Source: Actinomycetota bacterium
GTDB taxonomy: Bacteria; Actinomycetota; Thermoleophilia; UBA2241
Assembly (NCBI GenBank): GCA_026392275.1
Contig: JAPLCM010000114.1
Span: forward strand, 779-64,778
Reading direction: 5' to 3'
Length of the DNA stretch: 64,000 bases
Shown: piece by piece, positions 25,149 through 34,490 of the stretch
How positions within the stretch are numbered: the stretch's first letter is position 1
How the letters are laid out: each line of letters starts with the position of its first letter
Program-made: the position numbers and the translations under genes
The notes under the pieces: model-generated
What the model saw: the letters and a program-made list of their open reading frames with translations, nothing else
Told to the model about the DNA's origin: nothing
The model's database searches: none

Positions 25149-26486
25149 TCAGACCAAGTTGAAGCGCTCGGTGTAGATGTTCTCCCATGGTACGCCCGTG
25201 CGCCGCAGGGCGCGCTCAACGGCGTCCATCATGTCCGGTGGGCCGCAGACGAAGTACTTGTGGGCCGTCCTGTCCGCGGGGAGATGCCGGCCGAGCACTG
25301 TCGCATCGATGAGACCGGTCTCACCGCGCCAGTCAGGCGGCGGAGAGGCGAGAACCTGGACGATATGCAGCCGCATGCGGTCCGGCAGCGCCTCGAGCTC
25401 TTCCATGAACGTCAGATCGTCCATCGAAGGCGCGCCGTAGATCAGCAAGTGCTGGCGCGCGTCTCCGCGGTCCGCAAGGGTCCGCATCATGCTCATCATG
25501 GGCGTGATGCCGACGCCACCGGCGACGAACACGTAGCCGTTCCCGTCGTAGCGGTCGATGCTGAAGGCGCCGTGTGGGCCCTCCACGTAGGCGGCAGTTC
25601 CTGGAGCGACAGCGCCGACGGTCCGCGTGAAATCGCCGGCGTTCTTGATGGTGAAGGCGATCCGCTCGTTGTCCATGGCGCTGGACGAGAAAGAGAAGGG
25701 GTGATCCTCGACAGCGAACGCGCTGCGGCCCAGCGTGAGCCAGGCGAACTGACCGGGGGCGAAGCGCATTCCGGGATGCCCCACCGGCCGCAGGACGAGG
25801 GTCCAGGCGCGGCCGCGCTCGGGGACGACCTGATCGACCACCCAGGGTTGCCGCAGGAGCAGCGCAGGCACGACGAAGCGCACGTAGATCAGGAGGCCGA
25901 TCACCGCCAGCGCCATGGCGGCCCAGAGCGCCCTCTTCCAGGGCAGGTCCACATACCAGCCTACGAGTTCCACATGGGTGAGCGCGAAGGCTACCGCAGC
26001 CGTCGCGAGAAGGCCGTGCGCGAGGCGCCACGCCTCGTAGGGCAGACGAAGCCGACGCCGCCACACCGAGATGCCGATCAGCGCCAGCACGGCCACCGTG
26101 GCAGCTACGGCGAATCGCGCCCGCCAGGGCGCCGTGAGCGGGTTGAGCAGCTCGATCGTCTCGGGGCGAGTCACAAACAGGATGATGGGGTGTGCGAGCA
26201 TGAGGGCTCCGGCTACGATCGATATCTGCTTGTGGAAGCGCAGGATGATATCGATGCCGTAGGGGGCGGCAACGTTGCGAAAGCGGGCCGTGACGGCGAA
26301 CTGGAGGCCCATCATCGCCAGGGCGACGAAACCGAGGGCGACGGAAAACTCGGTCCAGAATGCGCGCCGGGGATGGTCGCGATAGGTGAACGCGATCGCC
26401 AGCGGCAATAGAAAAAGGCCGACGTAGAGGGCCAGCCAGAAGGCGCCGCCGAGCATGCGCCGCCGGCGAGTGTCGTACCCGGTCAT
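25149..26486 (-). CDS. NOX-like ferric-reductase-domain / FAD / NAD(P)H oxidoreductase
   Basis: Six TM helices with two bis-His pairs (FHKQISIVAGALMLAH and AHGLLATAAVAFALTH). FAD motif HPFSFSS. NAD(P)H motifs VAGGVGITPMMS and CGPPDM. Confidence 0.85.
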   Translation of the reverse strand: MTGYDTRRRRMLGGAFWLALYVGLFLLPLAIAFTYRDHPRRAFWTEFSVALGFVALAMMGLQFAVTARFRNVAAPYGIDIILRFHKQISIVAGALMLAHPIILFVTRPETIELLNPLTAPWRARFAVAATVAVLALIGISVWRRRLRLPYEAWRLAHGLLATAAVAFALTHVELVGWYVDLPWKRALWAAMALAVIGLLIYVRFVVPALLLRQPWVVDQVVPERGRAWTLVLRPVGHPGMRFAPGQFAWLTLGRSAFAVEDHPFSFSSSAMDNERIAFTIKNAGDFTRTVGAVAPGTAAYVEGPHGAFSIDRYDGNGYVFVAGGVGITPMMSMMRTLADRGDARQHLLIYGAPSMDDLTFMEELEALPDRMRLHIVQVLASPPPDWRGETGLIDATVLGRHLPADRTAHKYFVCGPPDMMDAVERALRRTGVPWENIYTERFNLV

Positions 26487-26673
26487 GCCGCAAGTCTACC
26501 TGTCCGCCTTGCGGTCTACAGCAGCAGCGGGGTTCGGACCGAGCGGAGACGGGGTGGGAGTAAATTTCGAACCCCCGGCAGCCGGGACCAGGCGACGCAG
26601 CGGAGACGGGACTCTGGAAGGACCGAACCAAGACAACGAGCCGTTGGTCCGAGGGCTGCAGTGGGCCATCCGC

Positions 26674-27063
26674 ATGGCGGTGAGAGCCCTTGCCGTGCTC
26701 AAGACCGGGGTCATCCTCTTCGGCGTGGCAGACGTCGTGTACGTCTTGTACAAGCGCCTTATGGCCGAGCCCAGAGGATTGCTGCAGATCAGCGATATCC
26801 TTGCGACCTTCGGCGCCTTCATGGCCGTGCTGATCGCGATCGAGATCTTCGTCAACATCATCAGCTACCTCCGCGACGACGTGATCCATGTGCGCATCGT
26901 GCTCGCCACGGCGATGATGGCGATCGCGCGAAAGGTCATCATTCTCGACTACAACACGACATCTCCGGAGTACATCTACGCGACCGCCGCGGTCGTGGCC
27001 GCGATGGCGCTGGCCTACTGGCTTGTCGTGCGCGAGCGTCTTACGAAGGCCGATGAGGAGTGA
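26674..27063 (+). CDS. PsiE-like (phosphate-starvation-inducible E family) membrane protein
   Basis: About 129 aa with 4 TM helices. LIAIEIFVNIISYLRDDVIHVRIVLATAMMAIARKVIILD matches the PsiE pattern. Start at ATG 26674. Confidence 0.6.
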   Translation: MAVRALAVLKTGVILFGVADVVYVLYKRLMAEPRGLLQISDILATFGAFMAVLIAIEIFVNIISYLRDDVIHVRIVLATAMMAIARKVIILDYNTTSPEYIYATAAVVAAMALAYWLVVRERLTKADEE

Positions 27064-27232
27064 GGCGTGTCGCAGAGCCCGCTTGACGATCCCGGCGTGG
27101 CCGTCTAGGACAAGGCTCACGCACCTGCTGGACGGCGGGCGGCCTGTGCGTTCGCACGCCGCCTGAGAGCGCTACGCCGCTCATCGTGAGGTGTGCCTGA
27201 CGGCGCCCCCCAGGTCGACCCCGCTGCGTCGG

Positions 27233-28072
27233 TCAGTCGAGCGGCTGCTTCTTGCGTCGCGCCTGCCCAAGATTCTGCACGACCAGCGATACGACGGTGA
27301 TGAGGTAGAGCTGGCCGAGTACGGCTTCGAGCACGGCCAGCATGCGCCCGACGTTCCCCTGGGCCGTGAGGTCGCCGTAGCCGACCGTCGTGATCGTCGT
27401 GAAGCTGAAATACAGGTAGTCGATCGTCGACGCCTTGTCGGGAGGCTGGAGCTGCACGAAAAACGAATCGCCGGCGAGCACTCCGCTCAGGGCGAACAGG
27501 CTGGCGAAGAACATGGCGATGAGCAGGTAGACACAGATGGCGCCGTAGAACGTGTTCATGTTGACCACGAGGTGCGTGGCCAGGCGCTTCACGATGGCCA
27601 CCGGGGCCACGATCACCAAGAGGGCGGCGAGCGCCGCCGAGATCGCCCGCGTGAGGTTCTCGCTGCCGACCACGCTGAGGACGATGGCGGCGAGCGTGGT
27701 CACCGGGATGAAGGTCACGGCATAGCGCAGCAGGCGGCGCTCGACCTGCGAGGCGCGCAGAGCCAGCCACGTGGTGGTGGCGAGCATGACGAGGCTGAGC
27801 ATGCGGCCGTAGTGATAGTCGCCGGCCACGGCCATCACAAAGTAGCTGGCGATGAGCAGCACGAGTACGAGGCCGTAGCTGTCGGCGAACCGCGGCGGCC
27901 TGTCGGCCGGAGGCTCCTCTGTCACGGCATCGCTCGTCGAAACTGCCTCGGGCTCACCGGTCTCACCGGTCTCACCGGACGCCCGCGCCGCGTCCGGCGA
28001 GGATGCCGCGGTGTGCGTCGGGGGCTGGATGTCGTCCTGGTGGTCCATGGCGTCGCCGTCACTGTATCCCAC
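27233..28072 (-). CDS. potassium channel family protein
   Basis: Selectivity filter TTVGYGD in YFSFTTITTVGYGDLT, flanked by pore and inner helices. Confidence 0.85.
   Translation of the reverse strand: MGYSDGDAMDHQDDIQPPTHTAASSPDAARASGETGETGEPEAVSTSDAVTEEPPADRPPRFADSYGLVLVLLIASYFVMAVAGDYHYGRMLSLVMLATTTWLALRASQVERRLLRYAVTFIPVTTLAAIVLSVVGSENLTRAISAALAALLVIVAPVAIVKRLATHLVVNMNTFYGAICVYLLIAMFFASLFALSGVLAGDSFFVQLQPPDKASTIDYLYFSFTTITTVGYGDLTAQGNVGRMLAVLEAVLGQLYLITVVSLVVQNLGQARRKKQPLD
27953..27979. repeat. 9-bp x3 in-frame tandem repeat (CTCACCGGT)
   Basis: Direct reading. It encodes GETGETGEP in the cytoplasmic N-terminus of the K+ channel. Confidence 0.9.
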
Positions 28073-28179
28073 CAGCGCGAAGGAGCAAGGCCGCAGAGCC
28101 TGCGCGCGGACGTGCGCAGGGGAAGCCGGGCGCGCCGCCGAACCCCTTGCTGTACACTCCCCGACGATCTCCCCGGCCT

Positions 28180-29103
28180 ATGGACTACGGCACGTACACA
28201 CCCAGACCACGTCGCGACCCGCGCCGCCGGCGGCGCCAGCAGGCCCGGCGGCGCCTTCTCGTGCTCGTCGCCTTGGTGCTCGTTGTGACGGCGATCGTCG
28301 CCGCGATCGTGGTCAGCCGCGGAAGGGGCGAGCCGACGGCCGGTGGCGCGACGCCGAAACAGGCCCAAACGGCCGCGGCGTCGCCGAGCCCTACGCCCAC
28401 GACGCCACCGCCCACGGTGTGGGTGGCCAGCAAGTCGGACCCGGTGCGCGTCTGGGTCGGCGGCGACTCCATGGCGGGCGAGCTCGGCTGGTCCCTCGGC
28501 CCGGTGCTCGAGAAGATCAAGGTCTTCAAGCCAACCCTCTACTACAGGGAGTCCACGGGCATCTGCCGCTGGGACTTCTTCGACTGGGGCCGGCAGATGG
28601 AGACCGTCATGAAGACGGCCCGGCCCGACGCGGTGGTCATGATGATGGGCACCAACGACACGCAGTCGGTGTGGGACGACGGCACGTGGATCTCGTACGG
28701 CACCACCAAGTGGAAGACCGCCTACCAGAATCGGGTCTCCGACATGATGGGCACCATGTTCGAGGGCGGCGCCCGGCGCGTGTACTGGGTGGGCATGCCG
28801 ATGATGCAGGAGTCCTGGCGCAACTCGCGCATGAAGCTCATCAACAGGCTCGTCCAGAGCGCCGCCGCGGAGAACCCGGGTGCAGAGTACGTCGACGCTT
28901 GGGCCCTTTTCGTGGACTCGAACGGGGACTATGCGGCGAACTGGCGCCTTGCCGACGGCGTGCACTTCACCGTCGAGGGCCAGCAGCGCCTGGCCAAGGC
29001 CGTGCTCAAGGACGTCGAGAAGGACTGGCTGCCGGACGGTCTGCCGTCGCCGAGCCCGTCGCCTGCGGCGAGCTCCTCGGCGTCGCCCAGTCCCTCCATC
29101 TGA
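28180..29103 (+). CDS. membrane-anchored SGNH/GDSL hydrolase, DUF459-like (copy A, no adjacent MBOAT)
   Basis: N-terminal TM anchor, Pro/Thr linker, block I VGGDSMAGELG, block III MGTNDTQ, block V ADGVHFT. Start at MDYGTY (28180). Confidence 0.8.
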   Translation: MDYGTYTPRPRRDPRRRRRQQARRRLLVLVALVLVVTAIVAAIVVSRGRGEPTAGGATPKQAQTAAASPSPTPTTPPPTVWVASKSDPVRVWVGGDSMAGELGWSLGPVLEKIKVFKPTLYYRESTGICRWDFFDWGRQMETVMKTARPDAVVMMMGTNDTQSVWDDGTWISYGTTKWKTAYQNRVSDMMGTMFEGGARRVYWVGMPMMQESWRNSRMKLINRLVQSAAAENPGAEYVDAWALFVDSNGDYAANWRLADGVHFTVEGQQRLAKAVLKDVEKDWLPDGLPSPSPSPAASSSASPSPSI

Positions 29104-29217
29104 GCCCTCGCCTGCCCGTGAGCCCGCCGATCACGGGCCGTACCGGCGCCCCAGCGGTCGCCGTTCCGACGCCCCCGGTGGTTGTGGACCGCCGTCTGCG
29201 CCAATAATGGGAGCGTG

Positions 29218-30051
29218 ATGTACTTCTCTTTCGCCACTCTCTCGGGGTACGTGTTCGACGACGCCAAGCGGCCGCTGTTCTTCTTGCTTGTCGGCTTCAT
29301 CCTGACGTTCGCCCTGACCCGCCTCAACACAAGGGTCACGCGCGCCAGGGGCGGCTCCGGGCTCGGCGCGGGCAGCATCGTCACGGCGGGCGGGCTGCAC
29401 ATCCACCACTCGGTGTTCGGCATCATCGGCATGACCGTCGCCGGCATCCTCGAGTTCGCCCTGCAGCCGGGTAGCCCATGGATCGAGTTCTTCGCTCTGT
29501 GTTTCGGCTCGGGTGCCGCTCTCACGCTCGACGAGTTCGCCCTGATCCTTCACCTCGAGGACGTCTACTGGACCGGCGAGGGCCGCGCCTCCATCGACGC
29601 CGTGATCCTCGGTGTCACGTTCATCACGCTGCTGCTCACCGGCTTGACGCCGCAGAGCATCGGCGAGGTCGGCGACCTGGTCGCGATGTCTCGCTGGCTG
29701 GGCTCCGCTCTCATCCTCAGTGGGGCCGCCTTCGTCATCGTGAGCTACCTGAAGGGCAAGCTCTTCATGGGGACCGTGGGCATCTTCGTGCCCCCCGTGG
29801 CGGTGATCGGCGCACTGCGCCTCGCCAAGCCCGATTCACCGTGGGCGCATCGCCGATACGCCGGCAACCCCGCGAAGCTCGAGAGGGCGCATCGCCGCGA
29901 CGAGGGCTTCAACCGGCGCTGGCGACGCGGCAAGCACTACCTGTGGGACGTCATCGGCGGCAAACCACACCTGCGTCTCCCGCACCACCGCGGGCGTCAC
30001 GACGACCCCGGCGACGACCTTGGCGGCGGATCCCCCAGCGCCCGCAGGTGA
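29218..30051 (+). CDS. integral membrane protein, unknown function
   Basis: Several TM helices, a GGLHIHHSVFG motif and a basic C-terminal tail. I do not recognise a family. Confidence 0.6.
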   Translation: MYFSFATLSGYVFDDAKRPLFFLLVGFILTFALTRLNTRVTRARGGSGLGAGSIVTAGGLHIHHSVFGIIGMTVAGILEFALQPGSPWIEFFALCFGSGAALTLDEFALILHLEDVYWTGEGRASIDAVILGVTFITLLLTGLTPQSIGEVGDLVAMSRWLGSALILSGAAFVIVSYLKGKLFMGTVGIFVPPVAVIGALRLAKPDSPWAHRRYAGNPAKLERAHRRDEGFNRRWRRGKHYLWDVIGGKPHLRLPHHRGRHDDPGDDLGGGSPSARR

Positions 30052-30091
30052 CACCGGGGCCTGGGCCAGGGAGTCTCCGCGCCGGCGTAGG

Positions 30092-31261
30092 TCAGGCGCG
30101 GCCCGCCTGAGCGTCCGCGACGGCTGCGCCCAGGCGCCGCGCGCCCTCCCGGAGCGTCGCCTCGTCGTACAGGCTGAAGGAGAGGCGTAGGCTGCGGTCG
30201 TCACCGTCGGTGCAGAAGCGCGCTCCCGGCGCGAAGGCCACGCCGCGCGCTTCGGCCAGGGGAAGCAGGGCCGTGGCGGCGAGTCCGGCCGGAAGCGTAG
30301 GCCAGATGAAGAAGCCGCCGGCCGGGGTGGCGAAGCTGCACCCGGCCGGCAGGTGCTCACGCAGCGCCTCGGCCAGCGCGTCGCGACGCGACGCGTACGT
30401 GCGCCGCAGCACCGCGAGGTGCTGGTCGTAGCCGTCCGCGGCAAGCAGCCGCCCGACGACGCCGGCGCCGAACTGGCTGACGCAGCCGCCGCTCGTGAGC
30501 ACGCCCGACGCGGCGAGGCGCTCGAGAAGCCCGGCGGATGCGTTGATCCATCCCACGCGCAGTCCTGGAGCAAGCGTCTTGGAGAACGAGCCCAGGCGGA
30601 CGACAGGAGCTCCCCCACCGAGAGCCCAGAGGGCCGGAGGCGCGGCACCGTCGTAGACAAGCTCGCGATAGACGTCGTCCTCGACGAGCACGAGGCCGTG
30701 CTCAGTGGCGATCTCGAGGAGATCCTGCCGGCGCTGCGAGGAGAGACACACGCCGGCGGGATTGTGGAAGGTAGGGATCGTGTACAGAAGGCGGGCGCGC
30801 CTGCCGCCTGCGCGCAGCACCCCGAGCACGGTCTGCAGCTCGTCCAGCCGGATACCCTCGTCGTCGAGCGGGACGCCCACGACCTCGACAGGGTGGTCGC
30901 GCATGATGCCGAGCGCCAGGTTGTAGGTGGGCGCTTCGACGAGCACGACGTCGCCGGGTGCGGTGAGCATCGTGAGCACCTGCCCGAGAGCCTGCGAGTT
31001 GCCGCCGCTGACGAGCACGTCGGCCGCCGTGCAGGCGCAGCTCTCGCGCGCCGCGACGCGGCGCGCGATCTCGCGGCGCAGGGCCGGGGGCCCCGCCGGT
31101 GCCCCGTAGGCAAGCATCGCCGGACCGGCGTCGTCGAGCGCGGCGGTCGCCGCCCGGCGGACGAGCCCGACCGCCAGCAGCGCCGGGTCGGGCTCCCCGA
31201 AGGCGAGCTCGATGATCCCTCGGCGAAGGGTGTTCTGGGTGTGGGACGGACCGCTGGTCAC
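30092..31261 (-). CDS. PLP-dependent aminotransferase (class I/II)
   Basis: ELAFGEPDP, YGAPAGPPALR and the PLP-lysine context GSFSKTLAPGLRVGW. Confidence 0.85.
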   Translation of the reverse strand: MTSGPSHTQNTLRRGIIELAFGEPDPALLAVGLVRRAATAALDDAGPAMLAYGAPAGPPALRREIARRVAARESCACTAADVLVSGGNSQALGQVLTMLTAPGDVVLVEAPTYNLALGIMRDHPVEVVGVPLDDEGIRLDELQTVLGVLRAGGRRARLLYTIPTFHNPAGVCLSSQRRQDLLEIATEHGLVLVEDDVYRELVYDGAAPPALWALGGGAPVVRLGSFSKTLAPGLRVGWINASAGLLERLAASGVLTSGGCVSQFGAGVVGRLLAADGYDQHLAVLRRTYASRRDALAEALREHLPAGCSFATPAGGFFIWPTLPAGLAATALLPLAEARGVAFAPGARFCTDGDDRSLRLSFSLYDEATLREGARRLGAAVADAQAGRA

Positions 31262-31316
31262 CGGCTCATGATACGGGATTGTGGCTGATGGCGGTTTGCC
31301 GCGAGAACCGTCCGGT

Positions 31317-31330
31317 CACCGTATACGGTG
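31317..31330. promoter_or_regulatory. perfect 14-bp palindrome CACCGTATACGGTG in a divergent intergenic region
   Basis: Direct reading. It lies between the aminotransferase (-) and VOC (+) starts, about 35 nt upstream of the VOC ATG. Confidence 0.3.
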
Positions 31331-31362
31331 AAGCGACAGTCAAGGACGACCAGGAGGACGGC

Positions 31363-31725
31363 ATGATCGACCATGTGGGCATCCCGGTGACCGACCTCGC
31401 GGCAAGCCGCGAGCTCTATGCGACGGCGCTGGCGCCGCTCGGCTACAAGGTCCTGTACGAGAACGAGGAGTACGGGATCGTGGGGTTCGGTGCCCAGCGG
31501 CCGCAGCTGTGGCTCAGTCGCAGCTCTCGCAAGATGGGTGTGCACGTGGCTCTCGTGGCCAAGGATCGCGTGGCCGTCGGGTCGTTCTACGAGCAGGCGC
31601 TGGCCGCCGGCGCCACCGATAATGGCCCGCCCGGCCCACGGGAGCAGTATGCCCCAGGCTACTACGCGGCCTTCGTCCACGACCTCGACGGCAACAACCT
31701 CGAAGCTGTGGTGCACGAGCAGTAG
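31363..31725 (+). CDS. VOC (glyoxalase/bleomycin-resistance/dioxygenase) family protein
   Basis: MIDHVGIPVTDL...YYAAFVHDLDGNNLEAV. An AGGAGG SD precedes ATG 31363. Confidence 0.85.
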   Translation: MIDHVGIPVTDLAASRELYATALAPLGYKVLYENEEYGIVGFGAQRPQLWLSRSSRKMGVHVALVAKDRVAVGSFYEQALAAGATDNGPPGPREQYAPGYYAAFVHDLDGNNLEAVVHEQ

Positions 31726-31864
31726 CGCGTGGTCGCGAGCCGGCCGGCGGCGAGACGGCCGGCTCGCCGGCGGACGCGGGTCGCCCTCATGCGTGCCCAG
31801 CCCTCGCGAACCCCGGCTGGCGGCGGGCCGTCCCTTTCCCTAGACTGGGCTCTGACGCGCACGC

Positions 31865-33355
31865 ATGCTATTTCCCACCTTCACATTCGCGGTCTTCTTC
31901 CTGCTGGTCTTCATCGGGAACTGGCTGCTCATGCCCAGACCACGGCTGTGGAAGCCGTTCATTCTTCTCGCCAGCCTCGTCTTCTACGGCTGGTGGGAGT
32001 GGCGCTTCGTGCTGCTCCTGGCCCTCAGCGCCGTGGCCAACCAGCTGTTCGCCACGGCGCTCGAGAAGGCGGCGGGGGCCGCTACCCGAAAGTGGCTGCT
32101 GGTCGCGGCCGTCGCCGTGAACCTCGGGGTCCTCGGGTGGTTCAAGTACTACGGCTTCTTCGTGACCTCCGTCGTGAACTTCCTCGGGGTGTTCCATCTC
32201 AATGCCGACCTTCCGCTGCTGCGCATCGTGCTGCCGGTCGGCATCTCGTTCCTCACGTTTCGCGTGCTGAGCTACGTCGTCGATGTCTACCGCGGCAAGC
32301 TCCACGCCTCGTCCATGCTGGACTTCGCCGTGTACGTGGCCTTCTTCCCGTACATCATGGCCGGGCCCATCGCGAGAGCCAGCGAGTTCCTGCCGCAACT
32401 CGCCGGCCCCAGGGATCCGCGTCGCGTGGACACGTCGCGCGCCTTCTTCCTGATCTTCGCCGGCCTTGCCAAGAAGATGCTGCTTGCCGATTACCTGGCC
32501 ACCCACATCGTCAACGGGGTGTTCACGACGCCCGGCCAGTACACCTCGCTGGAGACCCTGCTCGGCATCATCGGCTACGCGGTGCAGATCTACTGCGACT
32601 TCAGCGCCTACGCCGATATCGCCATCGGCGTCTCGCTGCTCCTCGGCTTCGAGCTGCCCGACAACTTCAACGCGCCCTATACGGCGCTCTCGGTGCAGGA
32701 CTTCTGGCGGCGCTGGCACATGACGCTCTCGCGCTGGCTGCGCGACTACCTCTACATCCCGCTGGGCGGCAACCGCAAGGGCCAGACGCGCACCTACGTG
32801 AACATCATGATCACCATGGTGCTCGGCGGTCTCTGGCATGGCGCCGGGTGGCCGTTCATCTTCTGGGGCTTCTTGCACGGTGGGGCGCAGGTCGTCGAGC
32901 ACCGGCGCCTGGATATCCGTAAGCTGCGCGCGCGGCGCCGGCTGCGCACGACTGCCCCGGCATCTGTAAGCACCGAAGGCGCGCCCTCCGGCCTGCCTGA
33001 GATCGACACGCGCCCCTGGGGCGGCGGCGCCTGGCCGCGCCTCGGCGTGTTCGCCTTCGTCACCTTCGCCTGGGTGTTCTTCCGCTCGGCCACGTTCGGG
33101 GCAGCGCTCAGCGTCCTCGCTCAGTTGTTTCGCGGCTGGGGCAGTGTCGGCGCCGCCGTCACGCCGGTCCTCCTGCTCGTGATCGCTGTCGGCATCGGCA
33201 TCCAGTACGTCCCGCGGGACGTGTACGAGCGCGTCCAGGCGGGCTTCTCGGTGCTGAACCCGCTGCTTCAGGGGGTGGCGCTCGCGGTCGGTTTCATGCT
33301 GCTCGATGTCCTCGGCCCCAGCGGTCCCGCCGCCTTCCTGTACTTCAGGTTCTGA
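31865..33355 (+). CDS. MBOAT family O-acyltransferase (AlgI/PatA/DltB-like), copy 1
   Basis: MLFPTFTFAVFF..., and the catalytic-His region DFWRRWHMTLSRWLRDYLYIPLGGNRKG. Confidence 0.9.
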   Translation: MLFPTFTFAVFFLLVFIGNWLLMPRPRLWKPFILLASLVFYGWWEWRFVLLLALSAVANQLFATALEKAAGAATRKWLLVAAVAVNLGVLGWFKYYGFFVTSVVNFLGVFHLNADLPLLRIVLPVGISFLTFRVLSYVVDVYRGKLHASSMLDFAVYVAFFPYIMAGPIARASEFLPQLAGPRDPRRVDTSRAFFLIFAGLAKKMLLADYLATHIVNGVFTTPGQYTSLETLLGIIGYAVQIYCDFSAYADIAIGVSLLLGFELPDNFNAPYTALSVQDFWRRWHMTLSRWLRDYLYIPLGGNRKGQTRTYVNIMITMVLGGLWHGAGWPFIFWGFLHGGAQVVEHRRLDIRKLRARRRLRTTAPASVSTEGAPSGLPEIDTRPWGGGAWPRLGVFAFVTFAWVFFRSATFGAALSVLAQLFRGWGSVGAAVTPVLLLVIAVGIGIQYVPRDVYERVQAGFSVLNPLLQGVALAVGFMLLDVLGPSGPAAFLYFRF

Positions 33356-34434
33356 TGAACGACGCCGACCCGAACACGCTGCCCTTCGGCCGCCGCAGGC
33401 GGACGGCCGCCAGCGCTCTCATCGCCATCCTCGTGGCCTTCGTCCTCGGCGTGCTGCTCAACGCGCCGGCGATGAAGAAGACCGCCATGGAGCTGCCGTT
33501 CGGCGGCCAGCGCAGCGTCCGGCTCGCACTCGTGAGTCCGGCCGCGGCGGTCAGCCACTGGGTCTTTCTCGACCGGCCTGCAAGGCTCGCGGCCGCGGTG
33601 CTCGGCAAGCCCGACCCCGGGCCGAGGCCCGTGGAGGTCGTGGTCATCACGCCCCCGCCCACGCCGCGGCCCTCGTCCTCGGGCAAGCCGCGTCCGAAGC
33701 CGTCCGACGAGCCGCTGCCAAGGCCGGATCGCGGCCGCCCGATGCGCCTCTACATCGCCGGCGACTCGATGGCCGGCATCCCGGGGATGGCGCTGGTCAA
33801 CCTCTCCCGCGGCACACGTGTCATCAAGCCCCGCCTGGACTACCACATCTCCAGCGGGTTGGTGAGGCCGGACTTCTTCAACTGGCCGCTGCAGCTTCAG
33901 CGACAGGTCAGATCGTTCGACCCCGGCGCCGCCGTGGTCATGTGGGGCGCCAACGACAATCAGGGAATGCAGACGTCCTCGGGAAAGGTCTATGAGTTCG
34001 GCTCCGGCGGCTGGGAGAAGGAGTACCGCAAGCGCATCGGCGACGCGATCGCGATCCTCTTCGCCGGCGGCGTACGGCGTATCTACTGGGTTGGCCAGCC
34101 GGTCATGCCCGAGTCGATCTACGACCGCAAGATCCGCGTGATGAACGAACTCTTTCGCAGCGAGGCCGAGAAGCACCCCGGCGTTCAGTACATCGACGCC
34201 TACGAGGTGCTCAGCGATGGCGGCGGCTACGCGCAGTACCTGCGCGACGACAACGGCGAGATGCAGCAGGTCCGCGAGGCCGACGGCGAACACCTCACCT
34301 ATGCCGGCGGCCTGCGTCTCGCCAAGGTCGTGTTGGCCGCCATCAAGGCCGAATGGTTCGGCAAGAAGAAGCAGGGCGCCGGCTCCTCTTCACCGTCGCC
34401 GAAGGCGACGGTGAAGGCCTCTCCGGCGCCCTGA
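33355..34434 (+). CDS. membrane-anchored SGNH hydrolase, DUF459-like (copy B)
   Basis: The ATG overlaps the MBOAT stop (TGATG). Block I IAGDSMAG, block III WGANDNQ, block V ADGEHLT. Confidence 0.8.
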   Translation: MNDADPNTLPFGRRRRTAASALIAILVAFVLGVLLNAPAMKKTAMELPFGGQRSVRLALVSPAAAVSHWVFLDRPARLAAAVLGKPDPGPRPVEVVVITPPPTPRPSSSGKPRPKPSDEPLPRPDRGRPMRLYIAGDSMAGIPGMALVNLSRGTRVIKPRLDYHISSGLVRPDFFNWPLQLQRQVRSFDPGAAVVMWGANDNQGMQTSSGKVYEFGSGGWEKEYRKRIGDAIAILFAGGVRRIYWVGQPVMPESIYDRKIRVMNELFRSEAEKHPGVQYIDAYEVLSDGGGYAQYLRDDNGEMQQVREADGEHLTYAGGLRLAKVVLAAIKAEWFGKKKQGAGSSSPSPKATVKASPAP

Positions 34435-34490
34435 CGCCGCCGGCTCCCGGGCGCTTCGCTGCCCGCGGCCGCTGTAGTAGCATCCCGGGC

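Noticed and set aside
27953-27979. Short tandem repeats (9 bp x3 here; the GGC/GCC tract at 38491-38520) as a possible CRISPR or minisatellite array.
   Set aside because: There are no spacers, the units are only 3-9 bp, and one lies inside a CDS in frame. These are simple sequence repeats, not CRISPR.
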